Source: an uncultured Methanosarcinales archaeon | Lineage (GTDB): Archaea; Nanobdellota; Nanobdellia; Woesearchaeales; CAXGTL01 | NCBI GenBank assembly: GCA_964645705.1 | Contig: CAZYAB010000004.1 | Coordinates: forward strand, 295 to 64,294 | Length of the DNA: 64,000 nucleotides | Direction: 5' to 3' | Shown: piece by piece, positions 10,669 to 20,283 of the stretch | Layout of the letters: each line of letters opens with the position of its first letter | Numbering within the stretch: position 1 is the stretch's first letter | Notes under the pieces: generated by a model | The model's database searches: none | Told to the model about the DNA's origin: nothing | Seen by the model: only the letters and a program-made list of their open reading frames with translations | Position numbers and translations under genes: made by a program

Positions 10669-12127
10669 TATGAATTTATTTGAACAAGAGAATGAAAAAA
10701 CATTTACAGAGATACTCAGAGAAATAAATCTTTTAGACAAAAATCAAAAAATTAAATTAATAATTAACAAAGAATTGGAAAAAAATGATTTAAATGAAAT
10801 AATAAAATGCATTCTAAGAATAGAGCCAAAACAAATATTTATAGAGACTAATTTAAGCATAATTAACAAGATAAATAAAGAGGAGTTTAAAAATGAAAAA
10901 ATTCATTACATAATAAATATAGACGAGAAAAACATACTAGATATAAATATAGAGGATATAAAAAATTCAAAATACAGTTTTAGAATAAAAGATACAGAAT
11001 TAAAAAAAAGATTAGAATCATTTGATCCTTACAATATTTTTATTTATGAAGAAAAAACAAAAGAGAAGACAATAAATGAAAAAATAAAAGACAATATTCT
11101 AGAACCAATTAACAAAAGACTTGGCTTGGAAATTTCCTTAGATGAGGTTTACAGACTCATGATCAGATTTGAAGAAAATTCTGATTTTTGGGAAGTAGTT
11201 GAAAAGATAGGCTATCCATTACCAATAATAATTGAGGTATTAGAAGGTTTAGAAAAATTAAATTTAATTGAAATCAATAATCTGGATATAAAAATAAAAT
11301 ATAAATTTTCAAGAGAATTAAAACAAATACAAGACTTTAGCAAGCAAAGACTTTCAAGTAATGAAGATTATTGTCAATTATTAGTTAACCAAAATGATTT
11401 AATTAGAAGGATACAATTCATAAGAAATTGTTGCAGAACAGGTGGAAAGATTGCAATTCTTGGAGATGATGATTTTATGTCATTAAACATTGCAACAACC
11501 AATATATTCGACAAAATTACTGTTTTTGAAATTGATCAAAGAATAGTGGATAAATTAAATGAACTTGCAAAACAGAATAATCTAAACTTAGTCGCAATAC
11601 AACAAGACCTAAGAAAACCTTTTCCAAATAAATTTAAAGAAAAGTTTGATGCATTTTATACAGACTCAACATATTGTGTAAATGGCTTTAAATTATTTAT
11701 TTCTAGAGGGATTGAATTATTAAAGAATGAACCAAAATGCCACGGATTTGTTTCTTTTTCTCCAGAGATTCCTGTAATTTATGACACAGAATTACCAGTA
11801 CAAAAATTAATCAATGAAATGAACCTTTTTATTGAAAGAAAAAATCTTGGAGCGGTAAACATAGTTCCAGATGAATTTAAAGAAAAGTATAACAACATTG
11901 ACAAATTAAGAGAAAACATTTTTATTAATTACAAAATAATAAACAATAATGAAGCATGGTATCTTGCCTGTTTTGGAAGGAAAGAATATTTATATCACCT
12001 ATTAACTACAAAAAATACAAAATCATTATTAGATGGTGAATTTAAAGAAGAAATATATTTTACCAAAAGACCATTAGAATTTTATAATGAAAATTTTGAA
12101 AAAACAACAAACAAAAATGCAAAATAA
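10661..12127 (+). CDS. Branched-chain polyamine synthase (BpsA/DUF43)-like aminopropyltransferase with N-terminal extension
   Basis: IAILGDDDFMSL, VFEIDQRIV, DLRKPFP, FDAFYTD..Y..NGFKLFISRGIELL match the BpsA/DUF43 fold motifs. Confidence 0.7.
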   Translation: MINMNLFEQENEKTFTEILREINLLDKNQKIKLIINKELEKNDLNEIIKCILRIEPKQIFIETNLSIINKINKEEFKNEKIHYIINIDEKNILDINIEDIKNSKYSFRIKDTELKKRLESFDPYNIFIYEEKTKEKTINEKIKDNILEPINKRLGLEISLDEVYRLMIRFEENSDFWEVVEKIGYPLPIIIEVLEGLEKLNLIEINNLDIKIKYKFSRELKQIQDFSKQRLSSNEDYCQLLVNQNDLIRRIQFIRNCCRTGGKIAILGDDDFMSLNIATTNIFDKITVFEIDQRIVDKLNELAKQNNLNLVAIQQDLRKPFPNKFKEKFDAFYTDSTYCVNGFKLFISRGIELLKNEPKCHGFVSFSPEIPVIYDTELPVQKLINEMNLFIERKNLGAVNIVPDEFKEKYNNIDKLRENIFINYKIINNNEAWYLACFGRKEYLYHLLTTKNTKSLLDGEFKEEIYFTKRPLEFYNENFEKTTNKNAK

Positions 12128-13289
12128 ACAAACACAAAACAAAAAACCATTAGAACATATAAAAGTAATTGATTTAACAAGAATATTATCTGGACCATTT
12201 TGTACAATGCTCCTTAATGACTTAGGCGCAGAAATTATAAAAATAGAAAAACCCAATACAGGGGATGATTCAAGACAGTTTGGTCCTTTTATAAATAATA
12301 AAAGTGCTTATTTTATTAGTTTAAACAGAGGAAAGAAATCAATAACTTTAAACTTAAAATTAGAAAAAGACAAAGAAATTTTTAAACAATTAATAAGTAA
12401 AGCAGATGTTCTTATTGAAAACTTTAAACCTGGAACAATGAAAAGACTAGGACTAGATTATGAAACATTAAAAAATATTAACTCTAAATTAATTTATGCA
12501 TCAATATCAGGATTTGGACAAACAGGACCATTATCCAATAATCCTGCTTATGATATAATAGCACAAGCATACAGTGGGTTAATGAGCCTAACAGGAGAAG
12601 AAAACAGAAATCCTGTAAGAGTTGGTGTATCTATAGGGGACATTTCAGCAGCATTGTTTACAACAATAGGAATTATTTCTGCATTATATAATAGACATAA
12701 AACAGGTAGAGGTGAAAAAATAGATGTTTCAATGATTGACTCATTGATTGCAATATCTGAAAATGCAGTCGCACGTTATTCAATAACAAATAAAATTCCT
12801 AAACCACTTGGAACAAGACATCCATCAATAACACCATTCCAAGCATACAAAACAAAAGATGATAGAATAATTATTGCTGTTGGAAATGATATATTATGGG
12901 AAAAATTTTGCTTAAGCATAAACAAACCAGAATTAATCAATGATATAAGATTTAATTCCAATGAAAAAAGAACAAAAAATATTGAACAATTAAACAAAAT
13001 ACTAGAAGAAACAATTAAGAATAAAGCAACATCAGAATGGTTAGATATCTTTAAAAATAACAACATACCCTCAACAAGAATCAATACAATAAAAGACGTT
13101 ATGTATGATAAACACATTTTATTTAGAAATATGATATTAAACATTGATTACAAAGAGTTAGAAAAATTAAAAATCACAGGAAACCCTATAAAAATGAGTT
13201 CAATAAAAGAACAAGCAAAACACTCAAAAGCACCAGAACTAGGAGAGCATAATGAAGAAATAATAGATGAACTAAAAAATGATAAATGA
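12117..13289 (+). CDS. CoA-transferase family III (CaiB/BaiF/Frc)
   Basis: PLEHIKVIDLTRILSGPFCTMLL.DLGAEIIKIE, LNRGKKSI, ENFKPG, catalytic Asp in SIGDISAA, APELGEHN. Confidence 0.92.
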   Translation: MQNKQTQNKKPLEHIKVIDLTRILSGPFCTMLLNDLGAEIIKIEKPNTGDDSRQFGPFINNKSAYFISLNRGKKSITLNLKLEKDKEIFKQLISKADVLIENFKPGTMKRLGLDYETLKNINSKLIYASISGFGQTGPLSNNPAYDIIAQAYSGLMSLTGEENRNPVRVGVSIGDISAALFTTIGIISALYNRHKTGRGEKIDVSMIDSLIAISENAVARYSITNKIPKPLGTRHPSITPFQAYKTKDDRIIIAVGNDILWEKFCLSINKPELINDIRFNSNEKRTKNIEQLNKILEETIKNKATSEWLDIFKNNNIPSTRINTIKDVMYDKHILFRNMILNIDYKELEKLKITGNPIKMSSIKEQAKHSKAPELGEHNEEIIDELKNDK

Positions 13290-14235
13290 AAATTTTAATG
13301 CAGGAATTATTGCAACAGGTTCTTACTTACCTGAAAAAATAATTACAAATAAAGATATAGCTAATATGGGTGTTGATACCAGCGATGAATGGATTAAACA
13401 AAAAATAGGAATATCATCAAGACATTCCTCAGCTGATGACGAAGAAGTACACCATTTAGCAGCAAAAGCTGTCAATGATTTATTAAATAATACAAATATA
13501 AAATCAGAGGATATAGATTTAATCATATGCTCATCAACAACACCTAATTATTTTTGTCCAGCAACAGCCTGTCTTGTGCAAAAAGAAATCAATGCAAAAA
13601 ACGCAGCAGCATTTGATATAAACAGCGTATGCTCAAATCCAATAATAACAATTGAAATAGCATGTAAGTTCATAAAAGATGGAACATATAAAAATATAAT
13701 CATAGTCAGTTCTGAAGCGCCAACAAAAGGTACTGATTGGAAAAAGAGAGATACCTCTGTTTTCTTTGGTGATGGAGCCGCTGCAGTACTAATAGGAAGA
13801 GTTGATAAAGATAAAGGATTACTCTCAACTTATTTTAAATCAGATGGAACAAGGCACCATGTTCTAGTATCCAAAACAGATGACAGAAAATTAATAATGG
13901 ATGGTAAAGCAATATTTGAATTTGCAACAAATGTTTTTCCAGAATCAATAAAAGAAGTAACAGAAAAAGCAGGATACAAAATTAAAGATGTAGATTTTAT
14001 AATATCACACCAAGCAAATCTAAACATTATAAAAACATCAATGCAAAAACTAAATTTACCAATGTCTAAGACACATACAGTAATTGAAACAACTGGAAAT
14101 ACAATCGGAGCTTCAGCATTGATAGCTCTTGATTCAGCGGTTAAACAAGGAAAAATAAAAACAAATGATTTAATTGCATTGGTTGCATTTGGCGGTGGTT
14201 TAAGTTGGGGTGCTAATTTGATTAGATGGACATAG
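13279..14235 (+). CDS. fabH: 3-oxoacyl synthase III (KAS III/FabH family)
   Basis: Cys-His-Asn triad (NSVC, SHQAN, GNT), FGDGAAA, AFGGGLSWG. Confidence 0.9.
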   Translation: MINENFNAGIIATGSYLPEKIITNKDIANMGVDTSDEWIKQKIGISSRHSSADDEEVHHLAAKAVNDLLNNTNIKSEDIDLIICSSTTPNYFCPATACLVQKEINAKNAAAFDINSVCSNPIITIEIACKFIKDGTYKNIIIVSSEAPTKGTDWKKRDTSVFFGDGAAAVLIGRVDKDKGLLSTYFKSDGTRHHVLVSKTDDRKLIMDGKAIFEFATNVFPESIKEVTEKAGYKIKDVDFIISHQANLNIIKTSMQKLNLPMSKTHTVIETTGNTIGASALIALDSAVKQGKIKTNDLIALVAFGGGLSWGANLIRWT

Positions 14236-14244
14236 GTGGAATAA

Positions 14245-14991
14245 ATGGATCTAAAAAATAAAACAGCCATAATAACAGGATCATCAAGAGGAATTGGAAA
14301 AGCAATAGCAATAAAACTTTCTGAATTAGGTTGTAATGTAATAATTAATTACAATAGAAATAAAGAACAAGCAGAAGAATTAGTAGAATCAATAAAAAAC
14401 AAATTCAATGTTAAAGCAATTGCATTAAAAGCAGATATAAGCAATTATGAAGAGGTAAGAACAATGATTAATCTAGCAATTGAAAGATTTGAAAAAATAG
14501 ATTTCTTAGTAAACAATGCAGGAATTTCAAGAGATGGATTAATACAAAATATGGAAATCGAAGATTGGGAAAAAGTAATCAAAACAAACCTAAACAGTGT
14601 ATTCTATTGTTCAAAAATAATTACAAATCACATGATAAAAAATCTATCTGGAAAAATAGTAAACATATCATCTATTTCAGGTGAAACAGGAAACATAGGC
14701 CAAACAAGTTATTCAGCATCAAAAGCAGGTATTATAGGATTTAGTAAAGCATTGGCAAAAGAATTAGCAAGACACAATATAAATGTTAATGTTGTAAGCC
14801 CTGGATTAATTAAGACAGAAATGACAAATCACATTCCTGAACAAATAAAAGAAAAGATACTCAAAATGATCCCATTTAGAAGAATAGGAACTCCAAAAGA
14901 GATTGCAAATGTAGTAGCATTCCTTTTGTCAAAAGAATCAGATTATATTACTGGACAGATTATAAGAGTAAATGGTGGACTATACATATGA
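14245..14991 (+). CDS. fabG: 3-oxoacyl reductase (FabG-type SDR)
   Basis: TGSSRGIG, NNAGI, YSASK catalytic motif, VSPGLIKT, ITGQIIRVNGG. Confidence 0.9.
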   Translation: MDLKNKTAIITGSSRGIGKAIAIKLSELGCNVIINYNRNKEQAEELVESIKNKFNVKAIALKADISNYEEVRTMINLAIERFEKIDFLVNNAGISRDGLIQNMEIEDWEKVIKTNLNSVFYCSKIITNHMIKNLSGKIVNISSISGETGNIGQTSYSASKAGIIGFSKALAKELARHNINVNVVSPGLIKTEMTNHIPEQIKEKILKMIPFRRIGTPKEIANVVAFLLSKESDYITGQIIRVNGGLYI

Positions 14992-16271
14992 TATTTGACA
15001 AAGAAAATGAAACCTTAAGCAGAAAAAATATAAAACAACTTCAATTAAAAAGATTAAAACAACTTTTAGATTATGTCTGGAACAGTGATTCTGATTATAA
15101 AAAAAAGATGTTACAAGCAAAAATAAGTCCAGATGATATAAAATCATTACAAGATATAAAGAAATTACCATTTACAACAAAAAAAGAATTTAGAGAAAAA
15201 TATCCTCATTCATTTAGAATAAGAAACATAAATGATGAAAAGATAAGGGGAATTCATACCACTTCCGGTACAACAGGCACAGAAAGTGTAATTTATTTTA
15301 CTGAAAAAGATTGGGACATAGCCCAACAAATAGTAGCAAGAATGTTAGTATCAACAGGAATAACAAAAAACGATATTGTTGATCAAGCATTCCCTAATGG
15401 CTTACCATTTGCAGGGAAAATAAATCATGATTCCTTGCAATATAAAATCGGTGCAACAGTTATAAATATTGGAATAAGAAAAGGGCTTATTAATCAACAG
15501 ATATTAGCATTAAAAAACTTAGGAGCAACAGTCTTCATGGGACTCCCAAGTTATTTTCTTCATATACTGAAAGAGATGAAATCAAAAGGAATAAATATAT
15601 CAACACTTAAAATAAAAAAAGCAATTTTTATTGGAGAACCATTAATAGAAGAGATAAAAACAAAGATAAAAGAAAAATTACCTAACATTGAGATATTTAA
15701 CGCACTTGGTCAAACAGAGATGCATGGGGCAATAGGAGAATGTATTGAAAAAAATGGTTTTCACCTTAATGAAGATTTATTTATTCATGAAATAATAAAT
15801 TCTAAAACAGGAGAAGATTGTAAAAAAGGTGAATATGGTGAGCATGTTTTTACAGGATTAACATATGAAGCCCAGCCAATCATAAGATACAGATCTGGTG
15901 ACATTACAACATTTGTTAATGATGAACAAGAGATTTGTTCATGTGGAAGAACTTCAAGAAAAATTAAACCCCCTAAATCAAGAATAGACAATTATTATAA
16001 AATAAAAGGAACATTGATTAATCCAGAGCAACTAGATAGGATAATATTATCATTTAACGAAATATTAGACTATCAAATAATCATTTCCAAAGATGAAGAA
16101 CTTGATAAATTTGATGTTTTGTTAGCATCTAACAAAGAAATTAATACTCAAGATTTAAAAAAAAAAATAAAAGATGAAATAAACATAACTCCAACAAAGA
16201 TAAAAATAGTTGATCTTATGGAATTTAAAAAAAGATCATGGAAAACAAAAAAGATCATTGATAAAAGATAA
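14988..16271 (+). CDS. Phenylacetate-CoA ligase (PaaK)-like adenylate-forming enzyme
   Basis: LPFTTKKEFR, HTTSGTTG, GQTEMHG, PIIRYRSGD, CSCGRT, KIKGTLINP. Confidence 0.85.
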   Translation: MIFDKENETLSRKNIKQLQLKRLKQLLDYVWNSDSDYKKKMLQAKISPDDIKSLQDIKKLPFTTKKEFREKYPHSFRIRNINDEKIRGIHTTSGTTGTESVIYFTEKDWDIAQQIVARMLVSTGITKNDIVDQAFPNGLPFAGKINHDSLQYKIGATVINIGIRKGLINQQILALKNLGATVFMGLPSYFLHILKEMKSKGINISTLKIKKAIFIGEPLIEEIKTKIKEKLPNIEIFNALGQTEMHGAIGECIEKNGFHLNEDLFIHEIINSKTGEDCKKGEYGEHVFTGLTYEAQPIIRYRSGDITTFVNDEQEICSCGRTSRKIKPPKSRIDNYYKIKGTLINPEQLDRIILSFNEILDYQIIISKDEELDKFDVLLASNKEINTQDLKKKIKDEINITPTKIKIVDLMEFKKRSWKTKKIIDKR

Positions 16272-16273
16272 AA

Positions 16274-17317
16274 ATGATACCACCAACAGTTCCAGGACTT
16301 GATTTTACACAAAAAGAAATAGAACAAGCAAGAAAAGAAAATAAGCTTCTATCAATAGACTTAGAGTTTAGTAGAGATTGTAACCTAAATTGTATATATT
16401 GCTATGCATCTGCAGGAAAACCACTTGAAAAAGAACTAACATTAGAGGAGATTAAAGATGTCATTGACCAATCAATAGAACTAGGAGCTAAAACTTTCTC
16501 TTTAATAGGGGGTGGTGAACCCTTAATTTATAATAATTTATTTAAAGTTATAGATTATATAAAAGCCAAAAATAAGAAATGTATAGTATTCACTAATGGA
16601 ACTTTAATTACAAAAGAAATTGCAAATAAATTATTTAATGAAAAAATATCAATCGTTGTTAAACTAAATAGTATAGAACCATCTGTTCAAGATTTTTTAG
16701 CAGGAAAAGAAGGAACATTCAAAAAAATTCAACAAGGGATAACAAATCTTATGAATGCTGGATATCCTGATAAAGAAACAAAATTAGGAATGCAAACAAT
16801 AATCTGCAAACAAAATAAAGAAGAAATTAAACAACTTTGGGTTTGGGCAAGAAAAAATAAGATAATTCCTTACTTTGAAATTCTAACATATCAAGGTAGG
16901 CTACTTAAAAACCAAGACTTAATTTTATCAAAAGAAGAATTAGAAAAAATATTTAAACAAATAAACAAAATAGATGAAAAAGAATTCAAATATGAATGGA
17001 TTCCAAAACCTCCGTTAATGAGTTATTCATGCCAAAGAAATAAGTACAGCATCCATATAAAATCAAACGGAGACATACAACCATGTGTAGGAATAGAAAT
17101 AACACTAGGAAATATAAGAAAAAATAAGATTAAAGAAATACTCAAACATGAAACAATTTTTAAACTAAGAAACATAGAAAAATATATAAAAGGTAAATGT
17201 AGCACGTGCAAATATAATAATGCATGTTATGGTTGTAGGGGCAATGTTTTTAATAAAACTGAAGATTACCTTGAAGAAGATGATTTATGTTGGATTAATG
17301 AAAAATTAGAGGGATAA
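16274..17317 (+). CDS. Radical SAM/SPASM protein
   Basis: CNLNCIYC, GGGEPL, FTNGTL; SPASM cysteines SCQR...QPC...CSTCKY..ACYGCRG...DDLC. Confidence 0.9.
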   Translation: MIPPTVPGLDFTQKEIEQARKENKLLSIDLEFSRDCNLNCIYCYASAGKPLEKELTLEEIKDVIDQSIELGAKTFSLIGGGEPLIYNNLFKVIDYIKAKNKKCIVFTNGTLITKEIANKLFNEKISIVVKLNSIEPSVQDFLAGKEGTFKKIQQGITNLMNAGYPDKETKLGMQTIICKQNKEEIKQLWVWARKNKIIPYFEILTYQGRLLKNQDLILSKEELEKIFKQINKIDEKEFKYEWIPKPPLMSYSCQRNKYSIHIKSNGDIQPCVGIEITLGNIRKNKIKEILKHETIFKLRNIEKYIKGKCSTCKYNNACYGCRGNVFNKTEDYLEEDDLCWINEKLEG

Positions 17318-17319
17318 AA

Positions 17320-18465
17320 ATGGAAGAAGAAAATTTAAACATAACAGAAAAAATGAAAAGATTATTAGATAATTTTAAGTCAATCAATCAAAATTATTCT
17401 ATAAACATCACAACTGAAGAGGATTTTAAAAAGATTCCATTAATGACTAGAAAAGAGGCCATAGAATTTAATATAGAAAAATGTCCTATAAATCCTTCTT
17501 ATATTGAAACAACTTCAGGAACGACTGGACCAGGATTTCTTTTATTTTTTAATGACAAATCTGCTGAACATTATATAAAAAGAATAAACCAAATATATCA
17601 AGCTTACAATCCTAACAATGAAAAAGGAAAAATGATTAATCTAATAGATACCATGTTTTATAATTTGATGATAATCAAAAACAAGAATCCTTTTATACAT
17701 GGCGGACTTTTAACACCTAAAAACAAAGATTTAATTGCATATAAAATAAAAACAATGAAACCAAAAGTTCTTATTTGTTACACCATGGGCCTAATAGATC
17801 TATTAAAAACTATTAATGATAAAAATACAATTGAACTTATATTCTGTGGAGGATCATTAGTAACTGAATCATTCCTTAATAAAGCAAAAGAATTAACAAA
17901 TGCAAAAATAATACCTGTTTATGCTTGTACAGAAGTGGGACCTATAGGCCATTATAATTCAACTTATGAAGGTTATTATAAACTAATTGAAGAAGGATTA
18001 TACATTGAAATATTAAATGAAAACAAAGAAATAAAAAGAATAGGTAAAGGGAACATAATAATCACAGATTTAAACAATTTTTCAATGCCAATAATAAGAT
18101 ATGCCCTAGGAGATATAGTAGAAATAATAGAAAAAGACAATCAAAAATATATTAAAATATTTGGAAGATCTGATAAATACACAAAAATAGGTGGGGACAT
18201 AATTCCTGTTGGACATCTAATGAACCTAATCACACCAATTTTAGGGCATGGAAATTTTTACATTAAAGTTGAGTTGGATGATACATCTACTGATAATATA
18301 TTTGTATTTGTACCAAAAGAGGATTTAATAAAAAAAGAAACAATTATAAAATTATTTAATGACATGTTCGACGTAAAAGCCTATGTTGAAGAACTTAAAA
18401 ATGGAATCCCAACAACCAATACAGGAAAACCAAGATTCTTTATAGATAACAGGAAATTAGAATGA
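17320..18465 (+). CDS. Second PaaK/CapK-like adenylate-forming (CoA ligase family) enzyme
   Basis: ETTSGTTG, YACTEVG, ITDLNNFSMPIIRYALGD, GRSD, TNTGKPRF. Confidence 0.8.
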   Translation: MEEENLNITEKMKRLLDNFKSINQNYSINITTEEDFKKIPLMTRKEAIEFNIEKCPINPSYIETTSGTTGPGFLLFFNDKSAEHYIKRINQIYQAYNPNNEKGKMINLIDTMFYNLMIIKNKNPFIHGGLLTPKNKDLIAYKIKTMKPKVLICYTMGLIDLLKTINDKNTIELIFCGGSLVTESFLNKAKELTNAKIIPVYACTEVGPIGHYNSTYEGYYKLIEEGLYIEILNENKEIKRIGKGNIIITDLNNFSMPIIRYALGDIVEIIEKDNQKYIKIFGRSDKYTKIGGDIIPVGHLMNLITPILGHGNFYIKVELDDTSTDNIFVFVPKEDLIKKETIIKLFNDMFDVKAYVEELKNGIPTTNTGKPRFFIDNRKLE

Positions 18466-18899
18466 AAATAGAAAAAACAAAAGAAAAAGGTTTTATTAAC
18501 TTAAAAATAGGAGATTCTATATCTTTCATAAATAAAATAAACAATGATCAAATCAAAGAATATAGTAAATTGTCTGGGGATTATAACCCAATACATTTTG
18601 ATAAAGAATTTGCAAGAAAAACAATATTTAAAGAAATCATTGTTCCTGGATTCCTTCATATCATATTAGGAAGTAAAAAATTTTTTGAATTGTGTGGAGC
18701 AAATTACATAATAGTTTCATTTAGTTTTGACTTTTTAAAACCTGTTAAACAAGATGAAAATATCCACACAACAATAAAGATAATAGAAAAAATACAAGAC
18801 AAAAAAATGTTAAAGATTGAAGTAATATCAAAAACAGAAAATTCAGGAATAGTAAGCAAAGGGAATTTATTAACAAAGTATATTGGATTTTTAAAATGA
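18462..18899 (+). CDS. MaoC-like (R)-hydratase/dehydratase (hot-dog fold)
   Basis: YSKLSGDYNPIHFD.EFARKTIF...IVPG, FLKPV. Confidence 0.85.
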   Translation: MKIEKTKEKGFINLKIGDSISFINKINNDQIKEYSKLSGDYNPIHFDKEFARKTIFKEIIVPGFLHIILGSKKFFELCGANYIIVSFSFDFLKPVKQDENIHTTIKIIEKIQDKKMLKIEVISKTENSGIVSKGNLLTKYIGFLK

Positions 18900-19540
18900 A
18901 TAAGATCAAAATAATAGGGATAGCATCTTCACCAAGAGAAGAAGAATCAATTTCAAAAATAATGTTAGATCATTTTTACATAGGATTAAAACCTTTTTCA
19001 GAAATAAGAACATTTTATCCTTATAAAATGGACATTGAATATTGTGATGGTTGCTTGAAATGTCATAAAGATAAAGAAGAATGCCCTATAGAAGATGACA
19101 TGAGAGATATTTATAAATACTTATACGAAGCAGATATAATTATTTTTTCATGTCCTGTATACTGTGGAAATATGAATGCTGTTATGAAAAATATTATTGA
19201 CAGGATGGATGGATTATTAGAAAACAAAATTAAATATCCTAAAAGATGTATACTAATATCAACATGTTCAAAACCTAATAACAAAGAATTTGATATGATT
19301 ACGTCACAATTTAATTTTTTTTGTAAAGAATGGGAATTTGGAAATGCAGGTGAAATTTTAATTTGTGGATCACATAGGCCAATAGACGAAAAATACCAAC
19401 AAAAATTAAATCTAATTTCAAGAGCTTCAAAACAACTATTAACAAAACAAAAAATAGATAATGAAATAATAGAAGAACTAAAAAGAATTGATTTCTCAGT
19501 TGAAGATTATAAACAAAAAAGTTATTATAAATTTGATTAA
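18896..19540 (+). CDS. Iron-sulfur flavoprotein / NADPH-dependent FMN reductase (flavodoxin family)
   Basis: GIASSPR, CDGCLKC....CPIEDDM, ADIIIFSCPVY.G.M.AVMKNIIDR. Confidence 0.85.
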   Translation: MNKIKIIGIASSPREEESISKIMLDHFYIGLKPFSEIRTFYPYKMDIEYCDGCLKCHKDKEECPIEDDMRDIYKYLYEADIIIFSCPVYCGNMNAVMKNIIDRMDGLLENKIKYPKRCILISTCSKPNNKEFDMITSQFNFFCKEWEFGNAGEILICGSHRPIDEKYQQKLNLISRASKQLLTKQKIDNEIIEELKRIDFSVEDYKQKSYYKFD

Positions 19541-19541
19541 A

Positions 19542-19883
19542 CTATCTCTTAACAACAGTCTTTTCAAAATCTCTTGCCTTAAACTCTTTAACAAGAAGAT
19601 CAAAAGCTTTCTCAGCATCACCTTCTTTACCACAAGTAAACACATCAACAGCAACAAAATTCTTCTCAGGCCACGTATGCACGCTTATGTGTGATTCAGC
19701 AATAAGAATTACTCCTGTAACACCATATGGTTTAAACTGATGAAACACCTCACCAACTTTATTAAAATTAGAATCATGAACAACTTTGTTTAATAAAGAT
19801 TTGACAGTATCAACTTCTTTTAACAATTCAACAGGACACCCATTCAAACTTCCCACAACATGTATGCCATGAAAATCTTTCAT
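19542..19883 (-). CDS. speH: S-adenosylmethionine decarboxylase proenzyme
   Basis: HQFKPYGVTGVILIAESHISVHTWPE (ES pyruvoyl cleavage site), DVFTCG. Own TATA-like box (TTTTTAAATA) upstream. Confidence 0.95.
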   Translation of the reverse strand: MKDFHGIHVVGSLNGCPVELLKEVDTVKSLLNKVVHDSNFNKVGEVFHQFKPYGVTGVILIAESHISVHTWPEKNFVAVDVFTCGKEGDAEKAFDLLVKEFKARDFEKTVVKR

Positions 19884-19933
19884 TATAAGTGTTAGGATTG
19901 TTTTTATTATTTAAAAACTTTATCATGATTTTA

Positions 19934-20233
19934 TCAATAACTACTATGTATATGATGAGAAGCATGTGACAAGTGATGATTATGCACACCTTTTGCACCA
20001 ATTACTTTTTGTGTTTCAGGAGATACAGAATTTCTTACATCAAGAGCATTATCATGTATTGTATAATGTTGGTCTGACCAACCATCAGCTGAAACAGGTT
20101 TCACACTATGCAACAAAGACAAAGCAGCACCACCTAATACAGCTCCAGTCAAGATCATATTTTTCTTAGAAATCTTTCCTTCTTCTTCTAATAAGAACAA
20201 CTTCACCTTTTTTTTTATCTTAGGAAACTTCAT
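19934..20233 (-). CDS. Putative His-Xaa-Ser repeat RiPP precursor (HxsA-like)
   Basis: 99 aa directly downstream of HxsB. C-terminus HNH-HLS-HAS-HHI-HSS-Y with His at every third position. Basic/hydrophobic N-terminal leader; own BRE/TATA-like element upstream. Confidence 0.8.
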   Translation of the reverse strand: MKFPKIKKKVKLFLLEEEGKISKKNMILTGAVLGGAALSLLHSVKPVSADGWSDQHYTIHDNALDVRNSVSPETQKVIGAKGVHNHHLSHASHHIHSSY

Positions 20234-20283
20234 CTATTCTATATAATATGTCTTATGTTTTAAATATTTTTCGTTTATTTTTA

